DNA of 64,000 bases, from positions 4,352,001 through 4,416,000 of the forward strand of contig OY969695.1 of the NCBI GenBank assembly GCA_963701965.1, given 5' to 3'. Made by a program: the position numbers and the translations under genes. Of the stretch, positions 19,267-29,107 are shown piece after piece. Positions within the stretch are counted from its first letter, which is position 1, and each line of letters opens with the position of its first letter. The notes beneath the pieces are model-generated. The model was not told the origin of the DNA and ran no database searches. It saw only the letters and a list, made by a program, of their open reading frames with translations. Origin of the DNA: an uncultured Gemmatimonadales bacterium. Lineage in GTDB: Bacteria > Gemmatimonadota > Gemmatimonadetes > Gemmatimonadales > Gemmatimonadaceae.

Positions 19267-19949
19267 TTCGCGCGGTACTGTTTGATCTGGACGGGACGTT
19301 GGTGCAGACGGAGGCGCTCAAGGCGATCTCCTACGCCAAGGCGGCCAAGGCGCTCAAGCCCGGGCTCGACGAGGCCGCCGTCATTCAACAGTACGATGAC
19401 CTCATCGGCCGCTCCCGAAACGAGGTCGCCCAAGCCCTGGTCGAGCGGTTCGATCTCGGGGAGTCCGCCGAGGAGTTCGTCGCGCAGCGGATGCGCATCT
19501 ACGATGAGATGCTGCGCGACGGCGATCTGGTCCGGCGGCAGGAGTATCCCGCCGCGACCGCGCTCCTCCGAAAGGTCAAGGGCGAGGGGTATCCGACGGG
19601 GCTGGCGACGATGTCCTATCCGCCGGAGACGGCGATCGTGCTCGACGCGCTCGGCATTCGCCGCTATCTCGACGTGATCGTGACCCGCGATCAGGTGGCG
19701 CGCCCAAAGCCCGATCCCGAGATCTACTGCCTCACGGCGTCCCGACTCGCTGTCGCGCCGGCCGACTGTCTCATCGTCGAGGACTCCGAGCCCGGTGTCG
19801 CGTCGGCGTTGGCGACCGGCGCGGTCTGTGTCGTGATCCCAAGCGAGCTCACCCGGAACCGCGTGCTGGCCCGTCCCCCGGGGCCGCGCGAGCACATCGT
19901 GACCGACCCGGCCGATCTCGATCGCATCGTCGGGTCCCTCCTGTCATGA
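19263..19949 (+). CDS. HAD family phosphatase (beta-PGM-like)
   Basis: VLFDLDGTL, KPDPEIY, VEDSEPG; GTGA overlap with pgi stop. Confidence 0.85.
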   Translation: MIRAVLFDLDGTLVQTEALKAISYAKAAKALKPGLDEAAVIQQYDDLIGRSRNEVAQALVERFDLGESAEEFVAQRMRIYDEMLRDGDLVRRQEYPAATALLRKVKGEGYPTGLATMSYPPETAIVLDALGIRRYLDVIVTRDQVARPKPDPEIYCLTASRLAVAPADCLIVEDSEPGVASALATGAVCVVIPSELTRNRVLARPPGPREHIVTDPADLDRIVGSLLS

Positions 19950-20180
19950 CTTGAGGTAGCCGATGATGATCGGGTGCATCCAGTCCCCGCCCTGGAACGC
20001 CACGACAGCCGTGTCCGATGTCGGGCCCGATGTCATGCAGGCCTGGGCCCACAAGGGTGCCGAGTCGAGCCACGGAAACTCTATTTGGACGCGACCTCTG
20101 CCATTGGGGTCAGCGGTGCTCAGGACGACGGCGAGTTGGACTCCGGGGACGTGCTGCAGAACGGATTTGGGCGGGGCCAT
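19944..20180 (-). CDS. Small stand-alone phage baseplate protein V / gp5-VgrG OB-fold-like protein (78 aa)
   Basis: DPNGRGRVQIEFPWL..WAQ..VVAFQGGDWMHPIIIG matches the gp5 OB-fold pattern DP...GRV.V.FPW..WARV..V.V.F..GDP..P.I.G. Confidence 0.6.
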   Translation of the reverse strand: MAPPKSVLQHVPGVQLAVVLSTADPNGRGRVQIEFPWLDSAPLWAQACMTSGPTSDTAVVAFQGGDWMHPIIIGYLKS

Positions 20181-20305
20181 GGGATGTGATTCCGGAGAGA
20201 GGGAAGACCGGCATACGTAACAGTATGTCATAGGCGGCTCAACCGGGAACCTCCTATCTTTCCCGGTTCTTCAAGCCGTCTACCACCTTGCGAGGATCGG
20301 ACGCG

Positions 20306-21220
20306 ATGCAATTGGGAATGGTCGGATTGGGGAAAATGGGCGCCAACATGACGACGCGCCTCGTCAAAGGTGGCCATACGGTCGTCGTATTCGACCGCGA
20401 CGCCAAGGCGATCGCGACGTCGGCTTCGGGCGGCGCCACCGCCAGCGGATCGCTCAAGGAGTTGGTGGGAAAACTCACCGCACCGCGCGCCGTGTGGATC
20501 ATGGTTCCCGCGGGCGAGGCCACCGAAGCGACCGTGCGCGAGTTGGCCGGCCTCCTGTCGTCCGGCGATACGATCATTGATGGCGGGAACAGCAACTACA
20601 AAGACGACATGCGCCGGCAGGTCGAGCTCACGCCCAAAGGGCTGCACTACGTGGACGTGGGCACGAGCGGCGGCATTTGGGGATTGGCCGAAGGGTACAG
20701 CCTGATGATCGGCGGTGATGCGGCCGCCGTGGAACGGTTGCGGCCCATCTTCGAGACGCTGGCCCCGGCCAAAGCACAGGGCTGGGGACGCGTGGGTCCC
20801 ACCGGCGCCGGGCATTTCGTGAAGATGATTCACAATGGCATCGAGTACGGTCTGATGCAGGCCTACGCCGAAGGGTTTTCGATTCTGGCGCACAAGAAGG
20901 AATTCGGCCTCGACGTCGCCCAGATCTCGGAGATCTGGCGGTATGGGAGCGTGGTGCGCTCCTGGCTGCTGGATCTGGCCGCCAACGCGCTCAAGGCCAA
21001 TCCGACGCTCAAGGGCATCGCGCCCTACGTCGTCGACTCTGGTGAGGGGCGGTGGACGGTGGCCGAGGCGATCGATCTCGACGTGCCGGCGCCCATCATC
21101 ACGCAATCGCTCATCGAACGCCTGCGGTCGCGCGACGAGGATTCCTACGCCGACAAGATGCTCGCGGCATTGCGCAACCAGTTCGGCGGCCACGCCATCA
21201 AGTCCGAGGCGGCATCATGA
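20306..21220 (+). CDS. gnd: 6-phosphogluconate dehydrogenase, decarboxylating (short type)
   Basis: GLGKMG, IDGGNS, GTSGGIWG, HFVKMIHNGIEYG, DSGEGRWT, RNQFGGH. Confidence 0.95.
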   Translation: MQLGMVGLGKMGANMTTRLVKGGHTVVVFDRDAKAIATSASGGATASGSLKELVGKLTAPRAVWIMVPAGEATEATVRELAGLLSSGDTIIDGGNSNYKDDMRRQVELTPKGLHYVDVGTSGGIWGLAEGYSLMIGGDAAAVERLRPIFETLAPAKAQGWGRVGPTGAGHFVKMIHNGIEYGLMQAYAEGFSILAHKKEFGLDVAQISEIWRYGSVVRSWLLDLAANALKANPTLKGIAPYVVDSGEGRWTVAEAIDLDVPAPIITQSLIERLRSRDEDSYADKMLAALRNQFGGHAIKSEAAS

Positions 21221-22686
21221 CGGTCGACCAGAGCATCTTCGTCGTCTTCGGAGGATCCGGGGACCTCGCGCATCGCAAGATCCTCCCGGCGCTCTTTCAG
21301 CTGCACAAGCACGACCTGACCGGTGGCAAGAACCTCATCGTCGGCGTTGGCCGCACCGGTGATATCGACGACGCCAAATATCGGGAATGGGTCCGCGACG
21401 CGGTCTCGGCCAATGCGGCGGCGGCCGACGTCTCGGCGTGGCTGGACAGCGCCGTGTACTACCAGAGCATAGGGGGATCGACGCCGGCCGACTTCAATGC
21501 GCTCAAGACGCGGCTCGAGACCTTGGAGCGCGAGCACGGGCTCACCGGCAACCGCGTCTTCTACCTCTCGCTGCCGCCGCAAGCCTTCCCGTCGACGATC
21601 GCCGGCCTCGGCGCCGCGGGGCTCAACCAAAGCGCCGGCTGGACGCGCATCGTGATCGAGAAGCCGTTTGGCCGTGACCTCGATTCGGCGCGCGAGCTGA
21701 ACCGGCTCGTGCATCAGTTCTTCGACGAGGCACAGGTCTATCGCATTGATCACTATCTCGGCAAAGAGACCGTTCAGAATCTGCTCGTGTTCCGCTTTGC
21801 CAACGCCATGTTCGAGACGCTGTGGAATCGGGATCACGTCGAGAGCGTGGAGATCACGGTCGCCGAGGAGCTGGGCGTCGAGGAGCGCGCCGAGTACTAC
21901 GAGCACGCCGGCGCGTTGCGCGACATGGTGCAGAGTCACCTGACGCAGCTGTTCGCTCTGGTCGCCATGGAAGTGCCGACGGCGTTCGAGGCCTCGGCGA
22001 TCCGCGATGAGAAGATCAAGGTCCTGCGGTCGATCGCGCCGTTGGGTCCCCACGACGCGGTCCGCGGCCAGTACGTGGCGGGCCAGGTCAACGGGAAGCC
22101 GGTCATCGGCTATCGCGGCGAGCCGGATGTCTCGCCGACGTCGAACACCGACACCTTCGTCGCCGTCAAGCTGAGTCTCGACACCTGGCGGTGGCAGGGC
22201 GTGCCGTTCTACATCCGCACCGGGAAGCGCATGGCGCGGCGACTGACCGAAATCCGCGTGCGGTTTCGCCAGGCGCCCGTGTGGATGTTCCGCTCGATGG
22301 CCGGGACGCAGCCCACGGCCAACACGCTGGTGATCACGTTGCAGCCGAACGAAGGGTTCCGTCTGTATTTCGACGTCAAAGCGCCGGGCGAGCCATTTCG
22401 CCTGGAGCGGCTGACGCTGCACTTCAACTACGACGAGCAGTTCAAGACGCTGCCCGAGGCGTATCAGACGCTGCTGCTCGACGTCCTGCGCGGCGACCAG
22501 ACCCTGTTCGTGCACGCCGACGAAGTCGAAGCGTCGTGGCGCGTCTATGCGCCGCTGCTCGCCCTGCACGATACGCCGCCGTTCTACGCCGCCGGCACGT
22601 GGGGACCACCGCAGGCCGCCGCGGTGGTGCCGGAGCGCGAGCCGCGGGAGCAGCTCGAGCGGGCCGGAGCGGGTGCCGCAGCCTGA
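21217..22686 (+). CDS. zwf: Glucose-6-phosphate 1-dehydrogenase
   Basis: FGGSGDLA, EKPFG, RIDHYLGKE, RWQGVPFYIRTGK. Confidence 0.95.
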   Translation: MTVDQSIFVVFGGSGDLAHRKILPALFQLHKHDLTGGKNLIVGVGRTGDIDDAKYREWVRDAVSANAAAADVSAWLDSAVYYQSIGGSTPADFNALKTRLETLEREHGLTGNRVFYLSLPPQAFPSTIAGLGAAGLNQSAGWTRIVIEKPFGRDLDSARELNRLVHQFFDEAQVYRIDHYLGKETVQNLLVFRFANAMFETLWNRDHVESVEITVAEELGVEERAEYYEHAGALRDMVQSHLTQLFALVAMEVPTAFEASAIRDEKIKVLRSIAPLGPHDAVRGQYVAGQVNGKPVIGYRGEPDVSPTSNTDTFVAVKLSLDTWRWQGVPFYIRTGKRMARRLTEIRVRFRQAPVWMFRSMAGTQPTANTLVITLQPNEGFRLYFDVKAPGEPFRLERLTLHFNYDEQFKTLPEAYQTLLLDVLRGDQTLFVHADEVEASWRVYAPLLALHDTPPFYAAGTWGPPQAAAVVPEREPREQLERAGAGAAA

Positions 22687-23410
22687 GATTCGTGCGGTCG
22701 CCGACGCCGGGGCGCTGAGTCGGGCGGCCGCCGATTTCGTGGCGGCCGCCGCGGGGTCGGCCATCGCCGCGCGCGGGCGTTTCACCCTCGCCCTGTCGGG
22801 CGGCAATACGCCTCGCGCGTTGTACAGTCTCCTCGCCGCCCAGTACGCCGATCGCATCGACTGGGCGTCGACACGACTCTACTTCGGCGACGAGCGTTGC
22901 GTCCCGCCCGACAACGCGGACAGCAACTATCGAATGGCCGACGAGGCTCTTCTCTCTCATATCACGGGTCTCCGCGATCACACGGCGCGCATAGAGGGCG
23001 AGCGCCCGCCGCCGGAGGCGGCGTCGCGCTACGACGCGCTGTTGCGACGCGATTTCCCCTCGCTCTCTTCGGGCACGTTTGACGTCGCGCTCCTCGGCAT
23101 CGGCGACGACGGCCACACGGCTTCGCTTTTTCCCGGCAGCCCCGCGCTCGATGAGACCGCGCGCTGGGCCGTGACGGCCATGGCCCCGCCGGAGATGACC
23201 ACCCGCCAGCGCGTGACACTCACGTATCCGGTCTTCGACAATGCGCGCGCCGTCGTCTTCCTGTGCGCGGGAGCGGGGAAGCGCGCGATCCTGTCGACGA
23301 TTATGGCGGAGGCGGGAGGGAAGGCCACCGCGGCGCATCCGGCCGCCCGTGTCACAGCGCGCGAACAACTGATATACCTCGCGGATCGCGCCGCCCTGTC
23401 ACAGGACTGA
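22673..23410 (+). CDS. pgl: 6-phosphogluconolactonase
   Basis: LSGGNTP, GDERCVP..SNY, LLGIGDDGHTASLFP. Confidence 0.9.
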   Translation: MPQPEIRAVADAGALSRAAADFVAAAAGSAIAARGRFTLALSGGNTPRALYSLLAAQYADRIDWASTRLYFGDERCVPPDNADSNYRMADEALLSHITGLRDHTARIEGERPPPEAASRYDALLRRDFPSLSSGTFDVALLGIGDDGHTASLFPGSPALDETARWAVTAMAPPEMTTRQRVTLTYPVFDNARAVVFLCAGAGKRAILSTIMAEAGGKATAAHPAARVTAREQLIYLADRAALSQD

Positions 23411-23435
23411 CAGTTTCGCCGGCTAGTGTCCCGGC

Positions 23436-24363
23436 ATGACTCCCCGCATCGTGGTTCTGATGGCCGCCCTGCTCGCGGCCACGCGCCTTCCGGCGCAGAC
23501 GAGTTTCCTCGTGATTGGCGACTGGGGTCGCGATGGCGCCGGCTACCAGACCAAGGTCGCGACCCAGATGGCTGCTGCCGCCACCCGACTCGGCGCCAAG
23601 TTCGTGGTCTCCGTGGGCGACAACTTCTACGAGACCGGCGTGAAGACGACGCACGACAACCAGTTCAAGACATTGTTCGAGGACGTGTACAAGGCCAAGT
23701 CACTGCAGGTTCCCTGGTACGTCGCGATCGGGAATCACGACTATCAGGGGAACCCGCAGGCGGAAATCGACTACGGCAAGATCGACCCCCGCTGGCACAT
23801 GCCGGCGCGCTACTTCTCGGTGCGCGAGAAGGTCGATGACACGACCACGGTCGAGTTTTTCTTTCTCGACACGTCGCCCTTCGTTACCGAGTATCACACG
23901 GAAAGCAAGTACAAAGCCCGTGTGGCGGGCATCGATACCCGCGCCCAGGTGCATTGGCTCGACAGCGCCCTGGCCGCGTCGAGATCACAGTGGAAGATCG
24001 TCGTGGGCCACCACCCCGTGTATTCGGCCAGCCCGAAGCATGGCGACACGCCCGAGTTGATCGCGTCCATCCAGCCGCTGCTCGAGAAATACCACGCCCA
24101 GGTGTATCTCTGCGGCCACGACCACAACCTGCAGCATTCTGGAATCCGGCCACGTCGACTATTTCGTGTCGGGCGGGGGCTCGGAAGCGCGATTGGCCGG
24201 ACACACACCGCGCACCAAGTTCAGCGCGACGAGCGCGGGCTTCCTGATCGTGGAGCTGAGCGCCGCATCTCTGCACGCGCAGTTCGTCAATCCGATGGGC
24301 AAACAGCTCTACCAGACGGCGGTGGCGCGCAATGGCGCCACCGCCGTCTCGTCGCTCAAATGA
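23436..24363 (+). CDS. Secreted purple (tartrate-resistant type 5) acid phosphatase, 1-nt frameshift near 24137
   Basis: GDWG, GDNFY, GNHD, GHH, GHDH; removing one T gives QHLESGHVDYFVSGGGS and joins ORF 24166-24363. Confidence 0.85.
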
Positions 24364-25777
24364 TCTGCCGGCAGTCCCGGCCGCCGATCATGTCGATGAC
24401 GCCGAACCCGTAGAGCGGATCCACGCGTATACCCGTGAGCGCGTCGGAACCGACCAGGATGCAGTGCATCGTGTTGTACATGAGATTCGGCGCGTTCTTC
24501 GGCTGATCCGACCGCAGCACCGCCGCCTCCGCGGTCACGTGGGGCGCGGCGGCGCTGGTGCCGTCCGCCCAGATGTAGAACGACTTGGCGGTTGTGCACG
24601 TCTGGAGGGCCGGATTCACCGAGAAGCTGCTGCAGGCCCCGACGATCAGATCGGCCATCGTTTGCTCGGAGGGATCCGTCGCGAAGTCACCGCCGGGCGC
24701 GAACAACGTCACGGCCGGATAGCCGAAGTCGGAATAGCTCGCGATGTTGTCGAAGTTCTGCTGTCCCATGGGTCCGACGGCGCCGACGCTGATCAGGTAG
24801 TTGAGCTGGCCAGGGATGTCGACGGAGTCCACCTGCGGGAGGTTGAGCGCATCGTTGCCCGCCGCCGCCTGCACGTTCACGCCATGGTCCCAGGCGTACT
24901 TCACGGCGCGTTGGAACGCGACGAAGAGCGGCGTCAGGCCGGGGTCCTTCTTCGAGATCACGGCGCCGAAGCTCATGTTGATGGCATCGAGACCGACGTC
25001 GGCGGCGTAGACCACCGCGGCAATGGCGTCGGCAAACGAGCCCTGGCCGTTCTGATCCAGAACCTTGAGAGCGACGATTTTCGCATCAGGCGCGACCAAT
25101 GCCATCCCGATCCCGTTGCTGACCATGATGCTCGCGGTCCAGGTGCCGTGGAAGTCGAGATCCTCGATCCCGGGCTCGGTCACGACGAACGATTGGCTCA
25201 GGCCCATGTCGACCTTCTTCGCCAGGTCCTGATGGGTATAGTCGATGCCGGTGTCGAGGTCGCCAATGAGGCGGCCCTTTCCCCGCTTCGTGAGGGTGTA
25301 CGATTGCGGCGCGCGGATCAGGCGCAAATTCCATTGGAACTGGTTGAAAAACGCGGCTTGTGTCGGGTCGCTCCGGCTCGTCACGCCCACCGGACCCACG
25401 GATTGTTTGAGGTGGGTCGCCTTGAGCTGGGGGACCTTGATCACGTAGTCGGGCACGATCCCCAGCACATCGGACCGGCTGGCCAATGCCGCCGCGGCGC
25501 CGGGCGTCAGGTCGCGCGTCACCAGCACGCCGATCGGTCCGTGCATCCGCTCGACGCGCCCGCCCATCGCCAACACGCGGGCGCCGACGCTGCCCACGAC
25601 GTCCGGCGTGACCCCATCCTTCATCACGATGATGTGACGCGTCTGGTACGCCGGCGACAGCTGCGATACGCTCGGGCTGGCGCTGGGTCCCATCGGCCGG
25701 TCACTCGAACAAGCAATCGACGACAACGCGAGACCGGCAGCGAGTACCCTGCCGGTAGTCGACTTCGGGATGTGCAT
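24356..25777 (-). CDS. S8 subtilisin-like serine peptidase, lipoprotein
   Basis: Triad DTGID / HGTWTA / GTSAAAPHV, AAAGN oxyanion motif; lipobox LSSIAC; prodomain. Confidence 0.9.
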   Translation of the reverse strand: MHIPKSTTGRVLAAGLALSSIACSSDRPMGPSASPSVSQLSPAYQTRHIIVMKDGVTPDVVGSVGARVLAMGGRVERMHGPIGVLVTRDLTPGAAAALASRSDVLGIVPDYVIKVPQLKATHLKQSVGPVGVTSRSDPTQAAFFNQFQWNLRLIRAPQSYTLTKRGKGRLIGDLDTGIDYTHQDLAKKVDMGLSQSFVVTEPGIEDLDFHGTWTASIMVSNGIGMALVAPDAKIVALKVLDQNGQGSFADAIAAVVYAADVGLDAINMSFGAVISKKDPGLTPLFVAFQRAVKYAWDHGVNVQAAAGNDALNLPQVDSVDIPGQLNYLISVGAVGPMGQQNFDNIASYSDFGYPAVTLFAPGGDFATDPSEQTMADLIVGACSSFSVNPALQTCTTAKSFYIWADGTSAAAPHVTAEAAVLRSDQPKNAPNLMYNTMHCILVGSDALTGIRVDPLYGFGVIDMIGGRDCRQII

Positions 25778-25800
25778 GTACGATCTCCGCGTGCGAGGCG

Positions 25801-25844
25801 AAAAGACGGGGGCAGCGAAGTTGTAGGTCTCTTGCTACCCCGTC
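25801..25844 (-). terminator. Possible hairpin followed by T4 downstream of the hypothetical gene (may instead overlap the S8 promoter)
   Basis: Minus strand GACGGGGTAGC..GCTGCCCCCGTC followed by TTTT. Confidence 0.3.
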
Positions 25845-25882
25845 AAGCAGCCTTGGCCTTCACGCGCGGCGAAGTCGCGGAT

Positions 25883-26356
25883 CTAGCGCAGCGGCGAGAT
25901 CGACGCGCTGATGCGCGCGGGCGGCCGGGACTCGTGGGTGATTCGGCCCGCGCGCAGACCGGGCCAGGCGCGGACGGCGTGATCCAACGCCGCGGCGCGC
26001 GCCATGTCGCGAACGGCATCACCCGTCCACGACTCGCAATGCCGTCGGATATCCCGGGTGGAATTGAACAGCGTCACCGACGCGTCCAAGCGCGTGGCGC
26101 CATCGGCCAGTCGGGTCTCGGATCGCTCGGCGACGCCGTATGCCGTCGTCTCCGAGTACAGGACCTCGACGGTGACGGTGCGCGTGGAGCCGGTGTCCTC
26201 GGAGCACTCGACGAACGCGGCGCCGAGCTTCCATCCCATGAAGGAAACGGCGGGCCCGCGGTCATCGACGAGCACCATATGCGTCGCGGCGCCGAACTGC
26301 CGTTCTGCAAGGCGAAGCGCGTCGGCATCGGGGCGGGAAGGTCGGATCAGATGCAT
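25883..26356 (-). CDS. Hypothetical protein
   Basis: Fills the gap between the S8 gene and dinB; protein-like composition; no family recognised. Confidence 0.45.
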   Translation of the reverse strand: MHLIRPSRPDADALRLAERQFGAATHMVLVDDRGPAVSFMGWKLGAAFVECSEDTGSTRTVTVEVLYSETTAYGVAERSETRLADGATRLDASVTLFNSTRDIRRHCESWTGDAVRDMARAAALDHAVRAWPGLRAGRITHESRPPARISASISPLR

Positions 26357-26477
26357 ATCGGAGCACGGAAAGAAGCAAGCAGCGGACCCAGCCGTTGGGT
26401 CGCTCGTTTGGGCCGCGACCGATACCTGCCGTTGCGCGCGTGCGACAGGGTGCGGCAGTGGGGATAGTTTGATAGCC

Positions 26478-27692
26478 ATGGCCCGGCGCATCCTGCTCGC
26501 GGACTGTGACCAGTTCTTTGTCGCGGTCGCCCGCTTGGCCGATCCGGAGGGCGCCGGAACCGCCAAGCTGCTGATCGTCGGCGGGACGCGCGAGAGCCGC
26601 GGCGTGGTTTGCTCGGCGTCCTATGAGGCGCGGCGATACGGCGTGCGCTCGGCCATGCCGATCGCCCGCGCGCTCCGGCTCTGTCCGGACGCGGTCTGCG
26701 TGCCGGTCCCGCGAAAAGCGTGCATCGAGAAGAGTCGCGCGGTGGCCGCCGTGCTCCGGCGGTTTTCTCCGGTGGTGGAACCGGCGTCCGTCGACGAGCT
26801 CTATCTCGATCTTACGAACACCGAGCGACTGTATCGCGAGGAATCCCTCGCCGATACCAGCGTGCGGATTCGCGAGGCGGTCCAGGGGGAAACCGGCTTG
26901 TCGGTCTCCATCGGCGGCGGGACGTCGAAGTTCGTCGCCAAGCTGGCGACGGAGCTCGCCAAGCCGCGCCCGGGCACCGGCGCGACCGGCGTGCTGATCG
27001 TGGCGCCCGGCGATGAGGCCGAATTCGTGCGGCAGTTCACTTTGGCCGATCTGCCGGGCGTCGGCCCGCGGTTCCAGGAGCGCCTCGCGCGCCTCGGCTG
27101 GCGCACGGTCGCCGACGTCGCGGCGCTCGATCTCGCGGCGCTGACCCGCAACCTCGGGCCGCGCGCCGGAGAATGGTTGCACCAGCGCGTCCACGGTATC
27201 GATACCGCCCCGGTCCACGCGCACGAGCGGGTCAAGTCGATCAGTCGCGAGGAAACGTTCCCGCGCGATCTTGCCGACGACGTTTCGCTCGAGCGCGAAC
27301 TGGCGCGGCTCATTGATCGCGGCGCCGCCGATCTGCGGGAAGCCGGACTCGCGGCGCGAACGATCACGGTCAAACTGCGAGATTTCGACCGGACCACCCG
27401 ACAGGCGGGTCGTACCCTGCGCGCGCCCATCATCTCCGATCGCGCGATCGCGCCTGTCGCCCGCGCGTTGCTCGCGCGTCTGCGCGCGGACCGCCGCGTG
27501 CCAGCGCGACTGATTGGCCTCGTCCTCTCCCAGTTCGACGGCGCCAGCCAGCTGGATCTCTTGATCGACGAGGACGAGATGGAGGCCGACCGCGACCGCC
27601 GGCTGGCCCGCGCCGTCGACACGGTGCGGGAGCGCTTCGGGCGATCCGCCATCACCCCGGGCGTGCTCGCGGCCAAGCCGAAGGCGCGTTAG
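26478..27692 (+). CDS. dinB: DNA polymerase IV (Y family)
   Basis: ADCDQFF, SASYEARRYGVRSAMP, SVDELYLD, AKLA..KP, KSISREETF. Confidence 0.92.
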   Translation: MARRILLADCDQFFVAVARLADPEGAGTAKLLIVGGTRESRGVVCSASYEARRYGVRSAMPIARALRLCPDAVCVPVPRKACIEKSRAVAAVLRRFSPVVEPASVDELYLDLTNTERLYREESLADTSVRIREAVQGETGLSVSIGGGTSKFVAKLATELAKPRPGTGATGVLIVAPGDEAEFVRQFTLADLPGVGPRFQERLARLGWRTVADVAALDLAALTRNLGPRAGEWLHQRVHGIDTAPVHAHERVKSISREETFPRDLADDVSLERELARLIDRGAADLREAGLAARTITVKLRDFDRTTRQAGRTLRAPIISDRAIAPVARALLARLRADRRVPARLIGLVLSQFDGASQLDLLIDEDEMEADRDRRLARAVDTVRERFGRSAITPGVLAAKPKAR

Positions 27693-27695
27693 GCG

Positions 27696-28460
27696 TCACC
27701 GGGGCACCAGGGCGAACACCAACGTCTGCCGCACCAGTTGCCGCACGCGGCGATTGGCGTAGAGCGCGGGTTGGTAGCGGCTCGCCGCCAGGGCCTCGCG
27801 CACCGCGCGCGCGAACGCCTCGGTGGCCTCGATACCAGCATCCGTCGCGACGACCCGCACCGATCCTCGCTCCGCGCGGCCCGCCGTATCGATCACGAAC
27901 TCCAGCGTCAAGTGCCCTGGGATGCCGGCGTCCCGCTGCGCGTCGGGGTACCTGGGCACCGGGGACCCGGGAAGCAGCGCCGCCGGGATGTCGACGGCGT
28001 CGGCCGCCAGCGGGCCGCCGCTGGTCTGGGATCCGGGCCCGGAGCCGGCCCGCGTCGGCCGTTCCCATACGGTGTCGGCGCCGACGGATCCCATCGGCGG
28101 TCCCGCATGGATGTCGGGTGGGACAAAATCTGGCGCGACGATGACCGGGACATCCGGAACGGCGATCGGTTTGCCAACTCCGCTGCCAGTCGCCAACGGG
28201 GTGCCCGGGGCGACCGGTGGGGTCGAGAAGATCAGCAGGGGTCGGGGCTCGGGTGGGGCCGGGTGGGTGTCGCCGCGACGGGCCGTGGCGACGACGGCGG
28301 CCGTGATCAGGAGGGCGTGCAACGCAACGCTGGCCGCGACGCCGGTGGGTCGGGATGCCGCTGGGGGGGTGACCAGGGGGACGCTCCGGTGGAGGACTGG
28401 AGGCGAACGTAGGTGCTCCACCCCACGCGGCTCGTGACAATCGCATGACGTTTCCCACAA
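27696..28460 (-). CDS. TonB family energy transducer (start uncertain)
   Basis: SVALHALL TM anchor, Pro-rich linker, PRYP..G..LEFVIDTAG, YQPAL..VRQ. Confidence 0.8.
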   Translation of the reverse strand: MWETSCDCHEPRGVEHLRSPPVLHRSVPLVTPPAASRPTGVAASVALHALLITAAVVATARRGDTHPAPPEPRPLLIFSTPPVAPGTPLATGSGVGKPIAVPDVPVIVAPDFVPPDIHAGPPMGSVGADTVWERPTRAGSGPGSQTSGGPLAADAVDIPAALLPGSPVPRYPDAQRDAGIPGHLTLEFVIDTAGRAERGSVRVVATDAGIEATEAFARAVREALAASRYQPALYANRRVRQLVRQTLVFALVPR

Positions 28461-28498
28461 GAGTCCATTGCGGGATCATGAGTCGCTAACATCTTCTC

Positions 28499-29107
28499 AT
28501 GTCCACCATCTGGCAAAACCTGCTGCAGTTCGGCATTCCGTGGGAGGAAAAGCTCCTCCGCACGGTCGGCGTCTACATCTTCCTGCTGCTCGGCCTCCGC
28601 CTGGCCGGGAAACGCGAGCTGGGACAGTTCAACCCGTTCGACTTGATCGTGCTGTTGCTGCTGTCGAACACGCTGCAGAACGCGATCATCGGCAACGACA
28701 ATTCGCTGACCGGTGGCCTCCTCGGCGCCGCGATCCTGCTCGTGCTGAACTACGGCGTTGTGCGGTTCTTGTACCGCCACCCGGCCCTGGAACGCCTGAT
28801 CGAGGGCGACCCCGACGTGCTGGTCAAGGACGGGGAGCCCATCGAGCGCCGGCTCCGTCGCGAACTGATCACGCGCGACCAGCTGGAGGCCGCGGCGCGA
28901 CGCCAGGGCATTGAGTCCCTGGAAAAGGTGAGCGTCTGCCGTCTGGAGACTGGCGGCGCCTTGACGTTCATCGAGCGGAAACCGACCGACGACGAAGACC
29001 GGCATGCCGAGTTGGTCGCCCAACTGTGCCGGCTGACGGACCAACAGGCGGCCCTTACCGCGCAGGTACAGGCACTTCAGGAGCAGCGTCAAGAGACTCG
29101 GGCATGA
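28499..29107 (+). CDS. DUF421/YetF membrane protein
   Basis: GKRELGQFNPFDL, IEGDPDVLVKDG, LETGGALTF. Confidence 0.85.
   Translation: MSTIWQNLLQFGIPWEEKLLRTVGVYIFLLLGLRLAGKRELGQFNPFDLIVLLLLSNTLQNAIIGNDNSLTGGLLGAAILLVLNYGVVRFLYRHPALERLIEGDPDVLVKDGEPIERRLRRELITRDQLEAAARRQGIESLEKVSVCRLETGGALTFIERKPTDDEDRHAELVAQLCRLTDQQAALTAQVQALQEQRQETRA

Noticed and set aside
20210..20229. Imperfect inverted repeat GGCATAC-N6-GTATGTC upstream of gnd
   Set aside because: Too short, and no cognate regulator is identifiable.
21145..22857. 570-aa minus-strand ORF
   Set aside because: Antisense shadow of zwf, typical of high-GC codon bias.
24332..26467. 711-aa plus-strand ORF
   Set aside because: Antisense shadow of the S8 peptidase; Arg-rich with no motifs.
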